Source: the human T2T-CHM13v2.0 reference genome, Homo sapiens
DNA length: 64,000 bases
Assembly: GCF_009914755.1 (NCBI RefSeq)
Contig: NC_060939.1
Direction: 5' to 3' (one strand)
Position numbers and translations under genes: made by a program. Each line of letters opens with the position of its first letter. The first letter of the stretch is position 1. Of this stretch, positions 34,409 to 54,585 are shown piece after piece. The notes beneath the pieces are model-generated. The model had not been told where the DNA came from. It did not search any database and was given only the letters and a program-made list of their open reading frames with translations.

Positions 34409-34569
34409 CTGGGAACATACAAATACCACTCATTACTAAAATGCACCACATAATACATCTCAAGTAAGGACATGAAGGTCTTAAAACTTGTCTTTCATAA
34501 TTCTGTAGTCATACATTCACAAATGGGACTGCTGACAGAAAAGTCAAATATTTTAATTTTTAAAAACAT

Positions 34570-35555
34570 TTTTAAAAATCCCTTTGACCAACATCTCCCC
34601 AGTTCTCCCATAGCCCCTGGTAACCAGCACTCAACCCTCTGCTTCTAGGAATTCAACTTTTTTAGATTCGACGTAAGTGAGATCATGTGGTATTTGTCTT
34701 TCTGTGCCTGGCTTATTTTGCTTAACATAGTATCTTCCAGGCTTCTTCACGCTGTTGCGAATGACAAGATTTCCTTCTCTTCTGAATCTAAATAGTATTC
34801 CATTGTATATCAAAATACACATTTTCCTTATCCATTCATCTACTGATGGACATGCAGGTTGATTCTGTATCTTGGCTACTGTGATTAATGCTGCAATGAA
34901 CATGACAGTGCAAGTATCTCTTTAACATACTGATTTCATTTCCTTTAGGTGTATACCCAGTGACATGAATCCTGGATCATAAGGTAGTTCTATTTTTAAT
35001 TTTGAGGAAGCTCCATACTATTTTCCATAATGGCTATACTAACTCACATTCCTATCAACAGTGTACAAGGGTTCCCTTTTTTCCATGTCCTTGCCAACAC
35101 TTGTTATTTCTTCATTTTGATAAATGCCATTCAAACAGGTGTGAGGTGTTATCTCACTGTGGTTTTCATTTGCATTTCCCTGAGGATTAGTAATGATAAA
35201 AATTTTTTCATATACTTGTTGGCCATTTGTAGGTGTTATGTTAAGAAATGTATATTCAGGTCCATTGCCCATTTTTAAACTGGGCTATTCGTTTTCTTGC
35301 TACTGAGTTCCTTATATAAATTGGGTATTAACCCCTTAACAGATGCAATGTTTGCAAATGTTTTCTCCCACTCTGTAGGTTGTCTTTTCACTTCATTAAT
35401 TGTTTCCTTTGCTGGGCAGAAGCTTTATAGTTTGATGTACTCTCACTTCTCTATTTTTGCTTTGTTCCCTGTGCTTTTGGGGTCATATACAAAAAAAAAT
35501 CATTGCCAAGACCAATGTCACAGAATTTTCCTCCTGTTTTCTTCTAGTAGTTCTA
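34570..35555 (-). mobile_element. L1MA-type 3' fragment
   Basis: ORF2 C-terminal-like peptide MFIAALITVAKIQNQPACPSVDEW. Confidence 0.8.
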
Positions 35556-35610
35556 CTAAGGGTTGGAAGATGGGACAAAGAACAAAGACAAATGGAAAAG
35601 TCATACTTAC

Positions 35611-35672
35611 TGCTTTGTTAACTTTACTATTTCCATTGGGTTCTTGTTTGGTACTTCTCATTTTCATTCCTT
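35611..35672 (-). CDS. TMEM87A: TMEM87A exon (EGMKMRSTKQEPNGNSKVNKA)
   Basis: 62 nt; CAG acceptor; GTAAGT donor. Confidence 0.94.
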
Positions 35673-36091
35673 CTGTAGAAGAAAATAAATATACACTGTT
35701 TAACTTTGTGAACAGACCAACAATGTTGGCAAAACGGATTCAGAACTTTTTCTTTTTTTAAATTAAAAGCCCCAAAGTTACTTATCATAGTTTTATTTTA
35801 AGCTTCCTAATACTTGTGAAGTATACAACAGATGCTTCTCCATCTTTATATGTAAGCTGGGAAGTTCAAAGCAAAATTTTTAGCTCACTTCTAGCAAGTA
35901 AAATGGATACTTAATGTGCAATTACTTACTGAATTTACCATGCCTTCATCTTAAGATTCACACCCTTATTTTCTTAACCCTGACTTCATCCCACACCAAA
36001 TATAGGAACAACACAGTTATAAAATAATAAACAATGTACTTACAGAAAAATAATATTTAAAGTACTAATAAGAGGTGAATTTTATTATTAC

Positions 36092-36165
36092 CAAAGCTTT
36101 CTTTCAGCATAGGCTCCTTTTGTTCATCCTCCTCCTCTTCCTCAGACAATGGTGAAAAGGCAAAC
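36092..36165 (-). CDS. TMEM87A: TMEM87A exon (FAFSPLSEEEEEDEQKEPMLKESF)
   Basis: 74 nt; TAG acceptor; G|GTAATA donor. Confidence 0.94.
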
Positions 36166-36797
36166 CTAACAGAACCAAAGTGAACAGAAGGAAAAAATTA
36201 GAAAACTTCAAAAACTGCTATACCAGTTGCATTTTACAAAACTAATTATTGAAACTGCAATTATAGTAATTCATTAAATCAGTTTAATAATAATATTTCT
36301 TCCCCTTCAGAAAGCTCTTTATTGCCTATATTAGCAAGGGAGAAGCAGGACAGTATCATATTTATGAGTGCAGGCTCAGCTGAATACTACCTGTGACATC
36401 AGACTAGTTACTTAATCTCTCTGTACCCAGTTTCCTCAACTGTAAATAAGGGGACAATAGAACATTACTCATAGGGGTGTTTTGTAAAAGTAAGTCATTA
36501 CAAATAAAGTGCTTAGAACAATACCTGTCACATTCAGTAGACAGTCAACAAATGTTCATTCATAAGGATATGTATCAAATAGAGTTAAGTAAATTCTCAT
36601 CTAATTTAAAATCGCAGCCTTCAAATTGGGAGTTAAGAGAAGGGAGGCCTATTCCAGGTAATTTAAAATTTCAGTTTACAAGTGGGAAGCTCAGAAGATG
36701 AAGGTCTGATCTGGTATATCTCAGATGCCTTTCCTTAACAACTTCCAAGAGATTCAGCAAAGTAGCTCCCAGACATGTAATTCCTAGAATGCTTTAG

Positions 36798-39435
<2,638 letters not shown>

Positions 39436-39460
39436 TCCTACGAATCAATACATAAGTGAT

Positions 39461-39772
39461 TGTTACAGTCTGAATGTCTGTCCCCTCCAAAACTCATGTT
39501 GAAACCTAATTCCCAGGGTGACAGTGTTGGGAGTTGGGCCTAATGGAAGGCATTTAGGTCATGAGGGCTCCACCCTCATGAATGAATTAATGCTGTTACA
39601 TAAAGGGTTTTCTGGAGTGGGCTCTCCCTTTTGCCCTTCCACCTTCTGTCATGTGACGACCCAGTAAGAAGGCCCTCACCAGATGCTGACACTGCGAGCC
39701 AACAAATTTCTGTTCATTATAAACAAACAGTCTGTGGTAGTTTGTTATAGCAGCTGAAAATGGACAGAGACA
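39461..39772. mobile_element. MaLR solo LTR (MST-like)
   Basis: TG...CA termini; 5-bp near-TSD gtgat/atgat; ccctccaaaactcatgttgaa motif. Confidence 0.78.
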
Positions 39773-40060
39773 ATGATCAATAAGCCAATAAAAAATAAGC
39801 TAAAGATCCAACCTTAAATGCAAAAAGTAACAATATTAATTCTCATCCACCAAATCTGCAGAAATTAAATAAAATGATGGGACATAAAACAAGGGAAGAA
39901 GAAAAAACCTCTCTCATACCATTGTTGTTAAATATGCAATTTCTTTCAGGTTTTTTTTGGGAACGTAATCTGGAAATACTTTAAAAATTACAATCTACAC
40001 ATATCCTTCAACCTAGCAAATCCAAGCCCACTCATTAAATATTTCTTGAGCATGTGCCAG

Positions 40061-40670
40061 TGTGTAGTGAGAACCTAACCTTCATTGACTAATGTGAGGT
40101 GATCCCGACACCCATAACATGTCCTGTCTTTATTTGCCTGGGGACTTTGGCTGACAGTGTAACAGTATGGTTTATGATAGGGGCTTTGGGCCATGCCATA
40201 TCAGCTCTGACCTCCAGAGGAAATGGTATTAGCATGACTGCCAGGAGGGGTTGGAAACTAAAAGTCAGCAACAGAGACAGTATGTGATTGAGCCCCAGTA
40301 AAAACTCTGGACATTGAAAGCTCAAATGGGTTTCCCACATTGGCAATAGTCTGTGCATACTGTCACATATTTGGCTGGGAGGAGGTAACACTGCCCAATA
40401 AAAATCTTGAGTGCTGAACATTAATGGGCTTTCCCAGACAGAAACAATGTGTTACTACATTTTTGTTGCTGGGGAAAAGAACTGACTTGATGTACTTCCT
40501 CAGAAGAGAGACCGAACACCAGGAAAGAAAATACAGATTTCCCCAGACTCTACCTGCTATCACCATTTTGTTGTAATACACCTTAACTGTGAGTATAACT
40601 GTACGCTGCATCCCATGAGGCCTTCTAGTAAATCACTGAACATCAGGATGGTCTTGAGGACCCTGACACA
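40061..40670. mobile_element. MER21-like LTR
   Basis: ggggctttgggccatgccatatcagc and gtcttgaggaccctgacaca motifs. Confidence 0.55.
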
Positions 40671-41915
40671 CCTCAAACTGGAAATATCCCAAATGCCCAT
40701 TAATAAGAGAATATGTTAATTTAACTGTACTACACATGTCCCATATTTATGCTATCCATGAAAATGAATGAGTTCAGTTAAACCTGTTACACTGGAAGGA
40801 ATCTCCACAATGTACTGTCACAAGAGTAATGTAAGATTCCATACATGAACAGGGAAAAGACACATTATAATATGCAGTTAACACTGAAGTCACAGAGAAA
40901 GGGGGCAATGTTTTAAAAGAAAAGGGGGAAAAAAAGAAGAGGGAAGGTAACGCAAAAATTTTTTAATGACTGAGGAAGGGAAAATATTTAAATACAAATA
41001 TAGCTAGTGAGTAACCAGTAGATCAACAGACGGATATAAAAGAAGGGTCTCCAGAATGTAAAAGTTCTTTCTCAATAGTGTGATTTCAGATCTCCTTTAT
41101 TTTCTTTCATTACTTTTCTCTATTCTGACTTTTTTTGATAAACACATATAAAGTGCATAGTTTGAAATGACAGCAAGGCCATTTTCATGGAGTAAAAGGA
41201 TTTCACCTATTTTCTATTTCAATCTTTCATTGGGTCTGGTTATAAAATTAGTCATTTATATCATGCTACCCTTTTCCTTCTTTGGTGGTATGGGTGTTTA
41301 ATATAAGCTCTTAACCGTCTAAATGCAAATGAGGTGGGGGGGAAAGGCATAATCACAAAATAAAGCTAGGCAGTTCCTAAATGACTGAAATTTGCCTATA
41401 GTTGGACAAATCAGATTTACACATACATTTTTAATTTCAAAGTTGGTTATGTAAGTTTTAATTTTACCCTTTCTATCATTACAAAGTGAGCTGGGCTGCT
41501 GGTTACAGAAATTTTCTTTCCTTCTAGACACTAGACAGGAGAGACTCAGTGTAAGTGATACAATTATATCTTCTGTTTTCTTTGAGACAGTCTCACTCTG
41601 TCACCCAGGATGGAGTGCAGTGGAGCCATCTCGCCTCACTGCAACCTCTGTCTCCGGGTTCAAGCGATTCTTGTGCCTCAGCCTCCCGAGTAGCTGGGAT
41701 TAGAGGTGTGCACTGCCATGCTCGGTTAATTTTTGTATTTTTAGTAGAGGTGGGGTTTTGCCATGTTGGCCGAAACCATGTTGGCTCAAACTCCTGGATT
41801 CATGTGATCTGCCCACCTTGGCCTCCCAAAGTGCTGGGATTACAGGCATGAGCCACCGTGCCTGGTTGACACAATAGATTATATATCTATCTCCCTTGTT
41901 TACTATACAAATACT

Positions 41916-42553
<638 letters not shown>

Positions 42554-42836
42554 GTATTTATCACAAAATGTCAGAGCTGAAAGGAACTTCATGTTGCTGG
42601 GTTTAATTCCCCCTCAGTATATAGAAAGGAAACTAAGGCCAGAGAGGTGGAGAGGCCGCATGCCAAAAATCATGAAGTTAAGAGGAGAGCTGAGATAGGA
42701 ACCCAGTTCTTCTGATTCCAGGCCCAGTGTTCCTTCCACTATATGACACAGCCCTGATACTGTCCCCCAATGCACCACCCCTAATTGATGACATGGTCAT
42801 CTCATGTTAGCAGAGTAAACAGAAGAGTCCAAGAAC

Positions 42837-42940
42837 CTCTGGTTGTTTGCAGATGGTCGCCAGAGAACCATGATGACAAAGAGGATCATGGAGAACAGCA
42901 AGCGCCAGATGGCATCGTCTACCCACAGCTCCCGCCAGTC
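42837..42940 (-). CDS. TMEM87A: TMEM87A exon ([35 protein letters not shown]; TM7)
   Basis: 104 nt; TAG acceptor; weak donor AG|GTTCTT fixed by phase with the next exon; conserved LWRPS motif of the GOST/LUSTR family. Confidence 0.93.
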
Positions 42941-43741
42941 CTACAATACAGGGGAGAAGTACAACATTCATACACATTATCTTAACCCCTTGTTCATAAA
43001 GCCTTTGGCATAGAACAAAAATCACTTATTTGTTCATTCAAGTTATGTTTACTAAGAGCCTGCTACGTGCTCAGTACTGTGGTAAGTGTGGGGAAACAAA
43101 GTGAATGAATGTAGTTTTTGCCCTTGTAGTGCTTACTGTTGTTAAAGAAAATGCATCAACGGAACAGAGTATTTGTCAAAGCTTCATCATCCCTCTGAGA
43201 AGCTTTAAGAAAGGGTTTTATACAGGGTTAAGAGAAAGTTACCTTATACAGTGTAAGAGAAAGTTACATTAGGTTGGTATACTTTATAATTTTCATTTTC
43301 ATTATTTATTGAACAAAATAAGAGCCTTAGCTGCTTCTGAAGAAATCCTACTGTCACAGTCGTTGAGCTCAGATCTTAAGGATGTGGCTTCTATTCAGAT
43401 TAGTATTATTTACACATATGGTACTTAATATTTAGTACTCTGGACTTCTTAAGATTTTTAGTTAAAATAAGACTGGGTTATAGCACACTGTAGTTATAAC
43501 TTACAAAATTCTCTCCCAAAACTGGGAGAATACAGTCAGAAAAAACAAACAAAAAACTACTATACCAAGCACCATGATAGTACAGAATACTTAGGAGGAG
43601 GGAAGTATCACAACCCTCAGAGTAGAGACCTAGCTCTAATTTTTTATAAGGTATATAACTTAGAAGAACCTTACCACTGTCATCAACACCATCAGTTGTT
43701 TATAAGACAGTACATTATTCATAAATGTGCTTATAACTCAC

Positions 43742-43800
43742 CGACTGACATGTCACTATTCTGAACTTCATGGTTGTCCAGATGATAAACACAATGGATG
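43742..43800 (-). CDS. TMEM87A: TMEM87A exon (ASIVFIIWTTMKFRIVTCQS)
   Basis: 59 nt; TAG acceptor; GTGAGT donor. Confidence 0.95.
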
Positions 43801-44742
43801 CTAACAGTAAATGAAAAACCAGGTCAGAGTATGAATGCTGGTTTACATCCCCAATTACATTCCCCCATTTCCGGTTAAGTGGAATCCCACACACCCCGAA
43901 CCCCCAAATACATCACAACTCTATCAGTTATTTTAACAAATGTATTCAATACAAAAGGACTGTATACCTGCTATCAGCAAGGCTCATGATACATACTCTG
44001 GCCAATCCTTTCTCTATTTAAAGAATAATTTGGTAATAATGTTATTTGCCATCTGGCTACATCAGTAACCAGTGTGGTTGGAAAATAAGGTATTGGAAAT
44101 ATAGCTCTTTCCAGCATTATCAATATAATTTTTTTCTCCTTTTATCCTTAGTATAGTAATGCTAATTTTTCTTTGGCTGGTCAGATGAAAAAAAATGGCT
44201 GATAAAACGACTGTAACACAAACAGAAGAGCTAGTTCCAATCATAAATCAGACCTCACTATTCCTGGTACAAGGGTCAGGAGGTAGGCAAATTAGCCTAG
44301 TTTGGTTACAGTCCACCTAATGTCAATTTTTTACATATGCTTGCTGACATATGTAAAAGCACTATAATAGCAATGCACCCTAAAATTCTACAACTATTTA
44401 ATAAAACTAAACAAACATGTGGTAATGTCTTCTAAAAGGAGTACTCTCTGGCACTTAAGCTAACTAACCTCAAGAAAAAGAATGCCTCAAGAAAGAATGC
44501 AAATAGAAGAGGGATAAATGAAGAGCTGAAATATGAGGTTGATTTCCAGCTACTGTACATAAAATAAATGGTTCTCAACTTTTTAAAAACCATAGATCCT
44601 TCTGAGAATTTGACAAGAGCTAAGAACCCTTTTCCAAGTGAAATATACAAAACTTTCTATGCCCACCCATGGCCTTTCAGGTTAAGAATGTCCATTCTAA
44701 ACAGATCACATTTGAACTCCAAGAAGAAAGTCCCAGACTTAC

Positions 44743-44851
44743 CTGCCACTGCCAAAATAAGCGTGTTGGTGAAATGCCGATACAAAGAGAGTTTTACAAT
44801 GTTCCTCCGAAGTTTTAATAGCTTCATTGTTTGAGTCAGGCTAATAAATAT
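44743..44851 (-). CDS. TMEM87A: TMEM87A exon ([36 protein letters not shown])
   Basis: 109 nt; AC acceptor (U12); CAG|GTAAGT donor. Confidence 0.95.
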
Positions 44852-47875
<3,024 letters not shown>

Positions 47876-47947
47876 CCATAAAATAACACAGGCGTCAACT
47901 GCTGAGAGGGCCAGGTTTACTATCAGAGTCAAGGGATAAGAAAAATA
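47876..47947 (-). CDS. TMEM87A: TMEM87A mutually exclusive exon A (YFSYPLTLIVNLALSAVDACVILW)
   Basis: 72 nt, open, phase 0-0; pyrimidine tract + TAG acceptor; donor TGG|ATATCCTTT (U12 consensus); hydrophobic and alignable to exon B. Confidence 0.85.
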
Positions 47948-48464
47948 CTATAGCAACAGCAGAAGAAAGAAAATGAAATTGACAGAGGGTTAAAGTTGTT
48001 AGAAGTCTAAGAGAATTACATACAGAGGACAGTGTGATTTGAAAAGCAAATGTGCATCCACAAAGTGTTTGATTTAAGAGGCAATTTATTGCAAAACATA
48101 TTGAGCCGTTTTCTTGTGGGCAAAGCCAAGTTTATAGTTTTTACAATATTGAATCTAATAGGTTGCTGTGGAGTCTTTTTTTAAAAAATAAGAAAATTAA
48201 TTGAAATGGCCTAGAGAACCTTATACTTCTTCATATTAATCCAGTGGTAACATAAATTTCTTTTCTCCTCTTTTTTAAGGAAGAGGTATCACTCTGTTGC
48301 TGGAGTGTAATGGCATGATCATGGCTCACCGCAGCCTGAACTCAATCAGTCCTTCCACCTCAGCCTCCCAAGTAGCCAGGACTACAGGCACCCACCACTG
48401 CTCCCAGCCATAAATTTCTTTATCACTTAGATTCTTTGGTTTCCTTCCCTGGCAAAGGGAATAA

Positions 48465-48719
<255 letters not shown>

Positions 48720-49244
48720 TAGCCAGGATGGTCTTGATCTTCTGACCTAGTGATCCGCCTGCCTCGGCCTCCCAAAATGCTGGGATTACAGGCATGATTA
48801 CACACCCAGCCTCATTAGCTGCATTTTAAGGAAGTTTTTGAAACTGAAATGTTAAGAAACAACAGTTACTTTAGATTAGATTAACTAGTAAGTGTATGAC
48901 TCCAAAGTCTGCCATTTACACAAGAATTTCAGTCTGGATTTCAGTCTGGATTCCATTGATTAGAAAAAGAAAAAAAAATGCAAGTCTACTGCTTGGGAGG
49001 AGGAACTAAAACAATTAGCAATTTGGAGACAGGTGGAAAAGCATTCATTCGGGCACACACTAAATTTACAAAGCTCTAATAGATTTAAAAGAGAACATGA
49101 ACTATACATATATTTTGAAAATCAGAGCCCAAAAGTGACTTAAAGCAAACAGAAAGAAGCCCACAGACATTTCCAATCCACACTGTCAAGATGTAAACAA
49201 TATAATTGAACTGACCACAGAAAATGAGATTAAGCAGTACTAAC

Positions 49245-49338
49245 CCCAGTAACTCTGAGGACCCCTTCCATGCCAGAGAACAAAAGATAGAGGGCTCCTG
49301 CTACTACAACCTTATGAAGAGTGACTCCAAGGCGTGGC
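49245..49338 (-). CDS. TMEM87A: TMEM87A exon (PRLGVTLHKVVVAGALYLLFSGMEGVLRVTG; TM4)
   Basis: 94 nt; TAG acceptor; GGG|GTTAGT donor. Confidence 0.95.
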
Positions 49339-51061
49339 CTAAAGAGGAAGCAAGGAGATATTTGAGTACATATGGGACAAATGCCGAAACAAGCTAAGTA
49401 ACAGGAACTTGTGTTAATTAATATAGGCCAACAATTTAAAGCAATAAATAATATACACTTGATTCACCTAAGAGAAAAAAACTAAGACCTTATGGTCTTA
49501 AAACAAGATAGGGAACACTACAACTTGAGATCTTGTGTCTGGTTACCACATTTTAAAAAATGTTTCCTCAGAGAGTTTTGAAACATATTCACAAGTAGTA
49601 TAATGCACCCTTATAAACCCTTCACCAAGGCCCAACAACCACCAACCTATGGTCAGTTTTGTCCCATGCATACCCCATCCCCTTTCCACCCTTTCATATT
49701 CTCTTGATGCAAATCCTAGACAGTATATCTTTGATATATTTCAGTATGTGTTTTTAATAAATGAGGACCTTATTTTTCTTTGGTATTTCAATGGCTACAA
49801 AAGGGCCTTTCTTTTTTTCCCCTAAAGAAACAGGGTCTCACTCTATCGCCCACGCTGAAGTGCAGTGGCCCAGTCACTGGAGCCGTGAACTCCTGGGCTC
49901 AAGCAACCCTCCCACCTCAGCCTCCCGAGTAGCTGAGGACTACAGGCACGTCCCACTACACCAGGCTAATTTTTTTTTTTTTTTTTGATGTTTTGTAGAG
50001 ACAAGGTCTCACCGTGTTGCCCAGGCTGGTCTAGAACTCCTAGGCTTAAGCGATTCTCCTGCATTGGCCTCCCCAAGGGCTGGGATTACAGGCATGAGCC
50101 ACTGTGCCTGGCCCACAAAAGAAACTTTTAAAAAACATCACCAAGATACCACCATCAAATCTAAAAATTCTAACGATTCCTTAATATAATCAAATATCCT
50201 ATTACGGTTCATTAAATAGTATATTTGCAAGCTCGAAACCTAATATATGAAAAGTCTTCTGAGCAACTTCTGTTTGAAGGAGAAAAAGTCTTAACTCCTT
50301 GAGATTCAAAATCCTACACAACCAGAATCCACATGTTAACAAAATCCTTAGGTGATTCCTTAGTGTAGTGTAGTTTAAGATGTGCTGCCTTAAATCATGT
50401 CTGCATAGGCCTTACCAATATTTGTTCTTATATTTTTTGTTATACATTGGGGAAAACTCCATATGAGCAGGGAATTTTCTCCCCATTCATCTTGGAAACC
50501 TAGAATACTTCCTGGCATATAGGAGGCACTCAAATAATTGTTAAATAAATAAGTTTTAAGAATTAAAATTCCCCATATCTCTAATCCCATTTAAAGCAAA
50601 ACTCCTTTAATTGAATAAACAAACTTAAAACAACTAACCTTAATCCTACTTAAAGCACTATAAAGTGATGCTATAGCATTACTTAATCCCACTTAAAGCA
50701 AAATTCCTTTAAATAATTGTCTATACAATTATTCTAATTCCTCTCCTCCTATACTCTCTGGAACTCTCCCCAATTAGGCTTTTGTCCCTATCTCTTCACC
50801 AAAACTATCACTATGACCCTCCATATAGGTAAACTCAATGGCCAATTCTCACTTGACCTATCAGGATCTCTTGACACAATCACTTCCTCCTTGAAACACA
50901 TTCTTCAGTTTTCTACCCACCTCACTGGTCTCTCCTCAATTTCTTCTGCTAACTACTTCATCTTACAGACTTCTAAATAATATTAAATATTCAAGGGCCC
51001 AGCCCTTGGACCTCTTCTCTATATATACTCACTTCCTTGGTGACCAAATCCCGTCTCATGA

Positions 51062-51350
<289 letters not shown>

Positions 51351-52051
51351 TAAGCCACCACGCCTGGCCTTCATGACTTTAAATAATATCTTTATCTTCA
51401 TGACTCCCAAACTTTTATCTCTGCCCCAACCTCTCCCCTTTGTTTCCCCTACTTAGTTATCTAATTCAACTCCAATCTTGCCCCTGCTCCACACTTATTT
51501 CACCTAAGGTCTTCCTGAACTCAGTAAATCTTCAATTCCATCCTGCCATTTTATCAGATCAAAACAATTGGCATCATCCTTAATTCCTCTTCTCTTTCCT
51601 ATCATACATCTGATCCATCAGCAAATTCCACTGGTTCCACCTTCAAAATATATATAGAATCTGATCTCAATTCAGCATCTCTTCCCTTGGGTATACATAT
51701 AGCTCCCTCACCTCCTTGAAGTCTCTGCTTAAATGTCATTAAGTGAAGCCCTCCTTGATCACCCTATGTACAACTGCAAGCTCTAGCTCCTGCATTACCT
51801 GCTCCACTGCACTTTCCACTGACATATTAAAATATTTTACTCACTTAAATTTTGTCTTTGTCCCCTCCCTCCACAAATGTAAGCTCAAAATCTTCTGTTT
51901 ACTTGCCATATCCCCAGGGCCTAGAACAATGCCTCAAAGAATGCCTATAGAAGACACTCCTCAATAAAAATAAAATTTTTTGGATAGAAAAATATTTTCA
52001 GACAGTTACAGCAAGAATGCGTTTCCCATAAAAAATCTAATTTGCAAAAAA

Positions 52052-52178
52052 TATTTTGGAAGTATGGAAATATATTCGGAAGTATGGAATACATTTGGAT
52101 TTGGAAGTATGGAATACATTTGGACTTGGAAGTATGGAATATATTTGGAAGTATGGAATATATTTGGAAGTATGGAAA
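52052..52178. repeat. Minisatellite, six copies of core GGAAGTATGGAA, 19-25 bp period
   Basis: Cores start at 52058, 52078, 52103, 52128, 52147, 52166. Confidence 0.9.
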
Positions 52179-52351
52179 ATGAAACACATTTTCCCAACAT
52201 TTACAATGCTACAAAATTTCAAATACCTTTCTTGTTTCAGAATTATTTCTTTTATCAACTATTTCAGAACTACTACATTGGGAACATGCAATACTGTTTT
52301 AATTTAATCAGCATTTTAATTTGCTCTTCCATACAGGAAGTTAATACTTAC

Positions 52352-52451
52352 TTGACGATGCCATATCCCAGACTGACTATGATGACCAGGGTTCGAGCCA
52401 GTGAGCGTTTCACTGCTGAAAGCAGCTCTGCAAGGATCAAAGCACCCTGGA
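52352..52451 (-). CDS. TMEM87A: TMEM87A exon ([34 protein letters not shown]; TM3)
   Basis: 100 nt; TAG acceptor; GTAAGT donor. Confidence 0.95.
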
Positions 52452-53463
52452 CTATGAAAAAGAAGGGAAGAAATGGCACCATAATCTAGGTTTGGCAACA
52501 GGCCAGATGTCAATACTAGACTGCTGCTTTCTACACTCTTCAGAATAAGCATTGATATTAGTCCTGCTAAAATAGAATACCTCTTCCACAGTTTTTACAG
52601 GATACAAGCTGATGCCACTCACAATCTTACTCATGTCTATGTATGGCAATCTGGGTGCGCTCAACTCAGCTCCCTCCCCGACCTGGCCCCAAATTCACTA
52701 AAACTTTAACAGAATACCTCACCCTATATGGACAGTTTGTAGCATCGAGACAATTTCCCCCATTTTTAAAAACTGTGAAATACAGCTACACATAGAAAAG
52801 CACAAAACACACTCGTGTACACGCTTGTTGGCATGTACAGCTTAACTTTTTTCAGATCTACTATTTTCAAGACCTTTCAAAGACCAGGGAAAATCTTATC
52901 AGTTTATCTCACAATAATAATTATGACTAAATTAAATGGTCTGACAAGAAAAAACTGAAGCAATCACAAAAAACTACAGTATAAAACAACTTCTGTCATT
53001 ACCAGTTCACCTTACTAAACCATAAGCACTCTCCTATTTTGTTGATATGACTATATTTTATCAGTTAGATGCACTTTCCCACCACATTTTGAGGTTTTTT
53101 AAATCAAGGTGTGTCTTACAATCAGTGACATTTTACAATTAAATTTACAGCTTTACTTTTTTTCTTAGATGTATAATGGTGCCTTAGAAATCAACAGAAA
53201 TTGAGATTTGATGTTAATAATCATTCCCAAAATGGCCACTACTGTTGTGACTTTTGTGAGCATATTTCAGTAAAATTAGTCTTACATCACTGAACTCATA
53301 AGATTAAAAACAAAAGTCAGAGTCATAGTGATTCTGCTTAAGATATTGTAATAATTAAGTAATTGAAAAGTTAAGCCTATGTAGTGACTGCTGACCTTAG
53401 GAATATTTTCATACATCTCACCTTCCAACCACTCGAACTGGCAAAGATTTTCTGGTTACTTAC

Positions 53464-53647
53464 CAGATTCTCCTTTGTATCGGATATTCTGAAATTCCGC
53501 ATAGAAGACAGCTTTCTCAAGCATTCCCAGGAAGATGACAGCACCAATCCAAAACTGAATTCTCAGGAGATCTCTCCAGTAGCAGGCAGACCATGCCAGC
53601 CACAGAACACCAAACAGGACATATACAATACACATCACCATGAAAAA
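53464..53647 (-). CDS. TMEM87A: TMEM87A exon ([17 protein letters not shown]...YKGES; TM1-TM2)
   Basis: 184 nt; CAG acceptor; GTAAGT donor; ORF 53456..53641. Confidence 0.96.
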
Positions 53648-54020
53648 CTGTTATCAAATTGGGTAAAAGATAAAAAGGAGAATTAGGGCCAAGAGCCAAG
53701 TCTGTAGATTTAGAATCAATATATACTTTTTTTTTTTTTTTTAAGAGATGGGGATTTGCTATGTTGCCTAGGATGGTCTTGAACTTCTGGACTCAAGCAA
53801 TCCTCCCATCTCTGCCTCCCAAAGTGTTGGGATTACAGGCATAAGCCACAGCGCCTGTCCTGAATCAATATACAGTCTTAACAAGTTACAAAAATATATT
53901 CTACCTTCTAGTTAAGAAATAATTCTTCCTTTGGAGCTTAACACTAACTAATATGAAAGCATTATCTTGTCTTGAGCAGAGAAGACTACATATGAACTTG
54001 TCCTCAAGAGCGAATGCTCT

Positions 54021-54026
54021 CATATG

Positions 54027-54059
<33 letters not shown>

Positions 54060-54070
54060 ATATGTATGTA
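54021..54070. repeat. (AT)n(GT)n compound microsatellite
   Basis: Direct reading. Confidence 0.9.
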
Positions 54071-54294
54071 TCACATATGTATACCATATAAAAGGTGCTC
54101 TCTATTATACACACAGACACATATATGGTATATATAGAGAGCACTCAGCCTGCTCTCCTATAGTAAAAGAGCTTTTTCTGGTCAGGCGTGGTAATTCACA
54201 CCTGCAATAGTGCTTTGGGAAGCCGAGGCAGGAGGATTGCTTGAGGTCATGAGTTCAAGGCCAGTCTAGGCAACATAGCAAGACTCTGTCCCTA

Positions 54295-54585
<291 letters not shown>

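Noticed and set aside
42978-42990. U12 branch-like ATCTTAAC near the TM7 exon
   Set aside because: It is on the plus strand, opposite to TMEM87A transcription; that acceptor is an ordinary TAG.
52052-52178. CRISPR-like repeat array
   Set aside because: Human intron; the inter-repeat segments are 7-13 nt variants of each other, not unique spacers; no cas genes.
51980-52489. 169-aa plus-strand ORF and other overlapping ORFs
   Set aside because: Produced by the stop-poor minisatellite and the antisense of a TMEM87A exon; non-ATG start.
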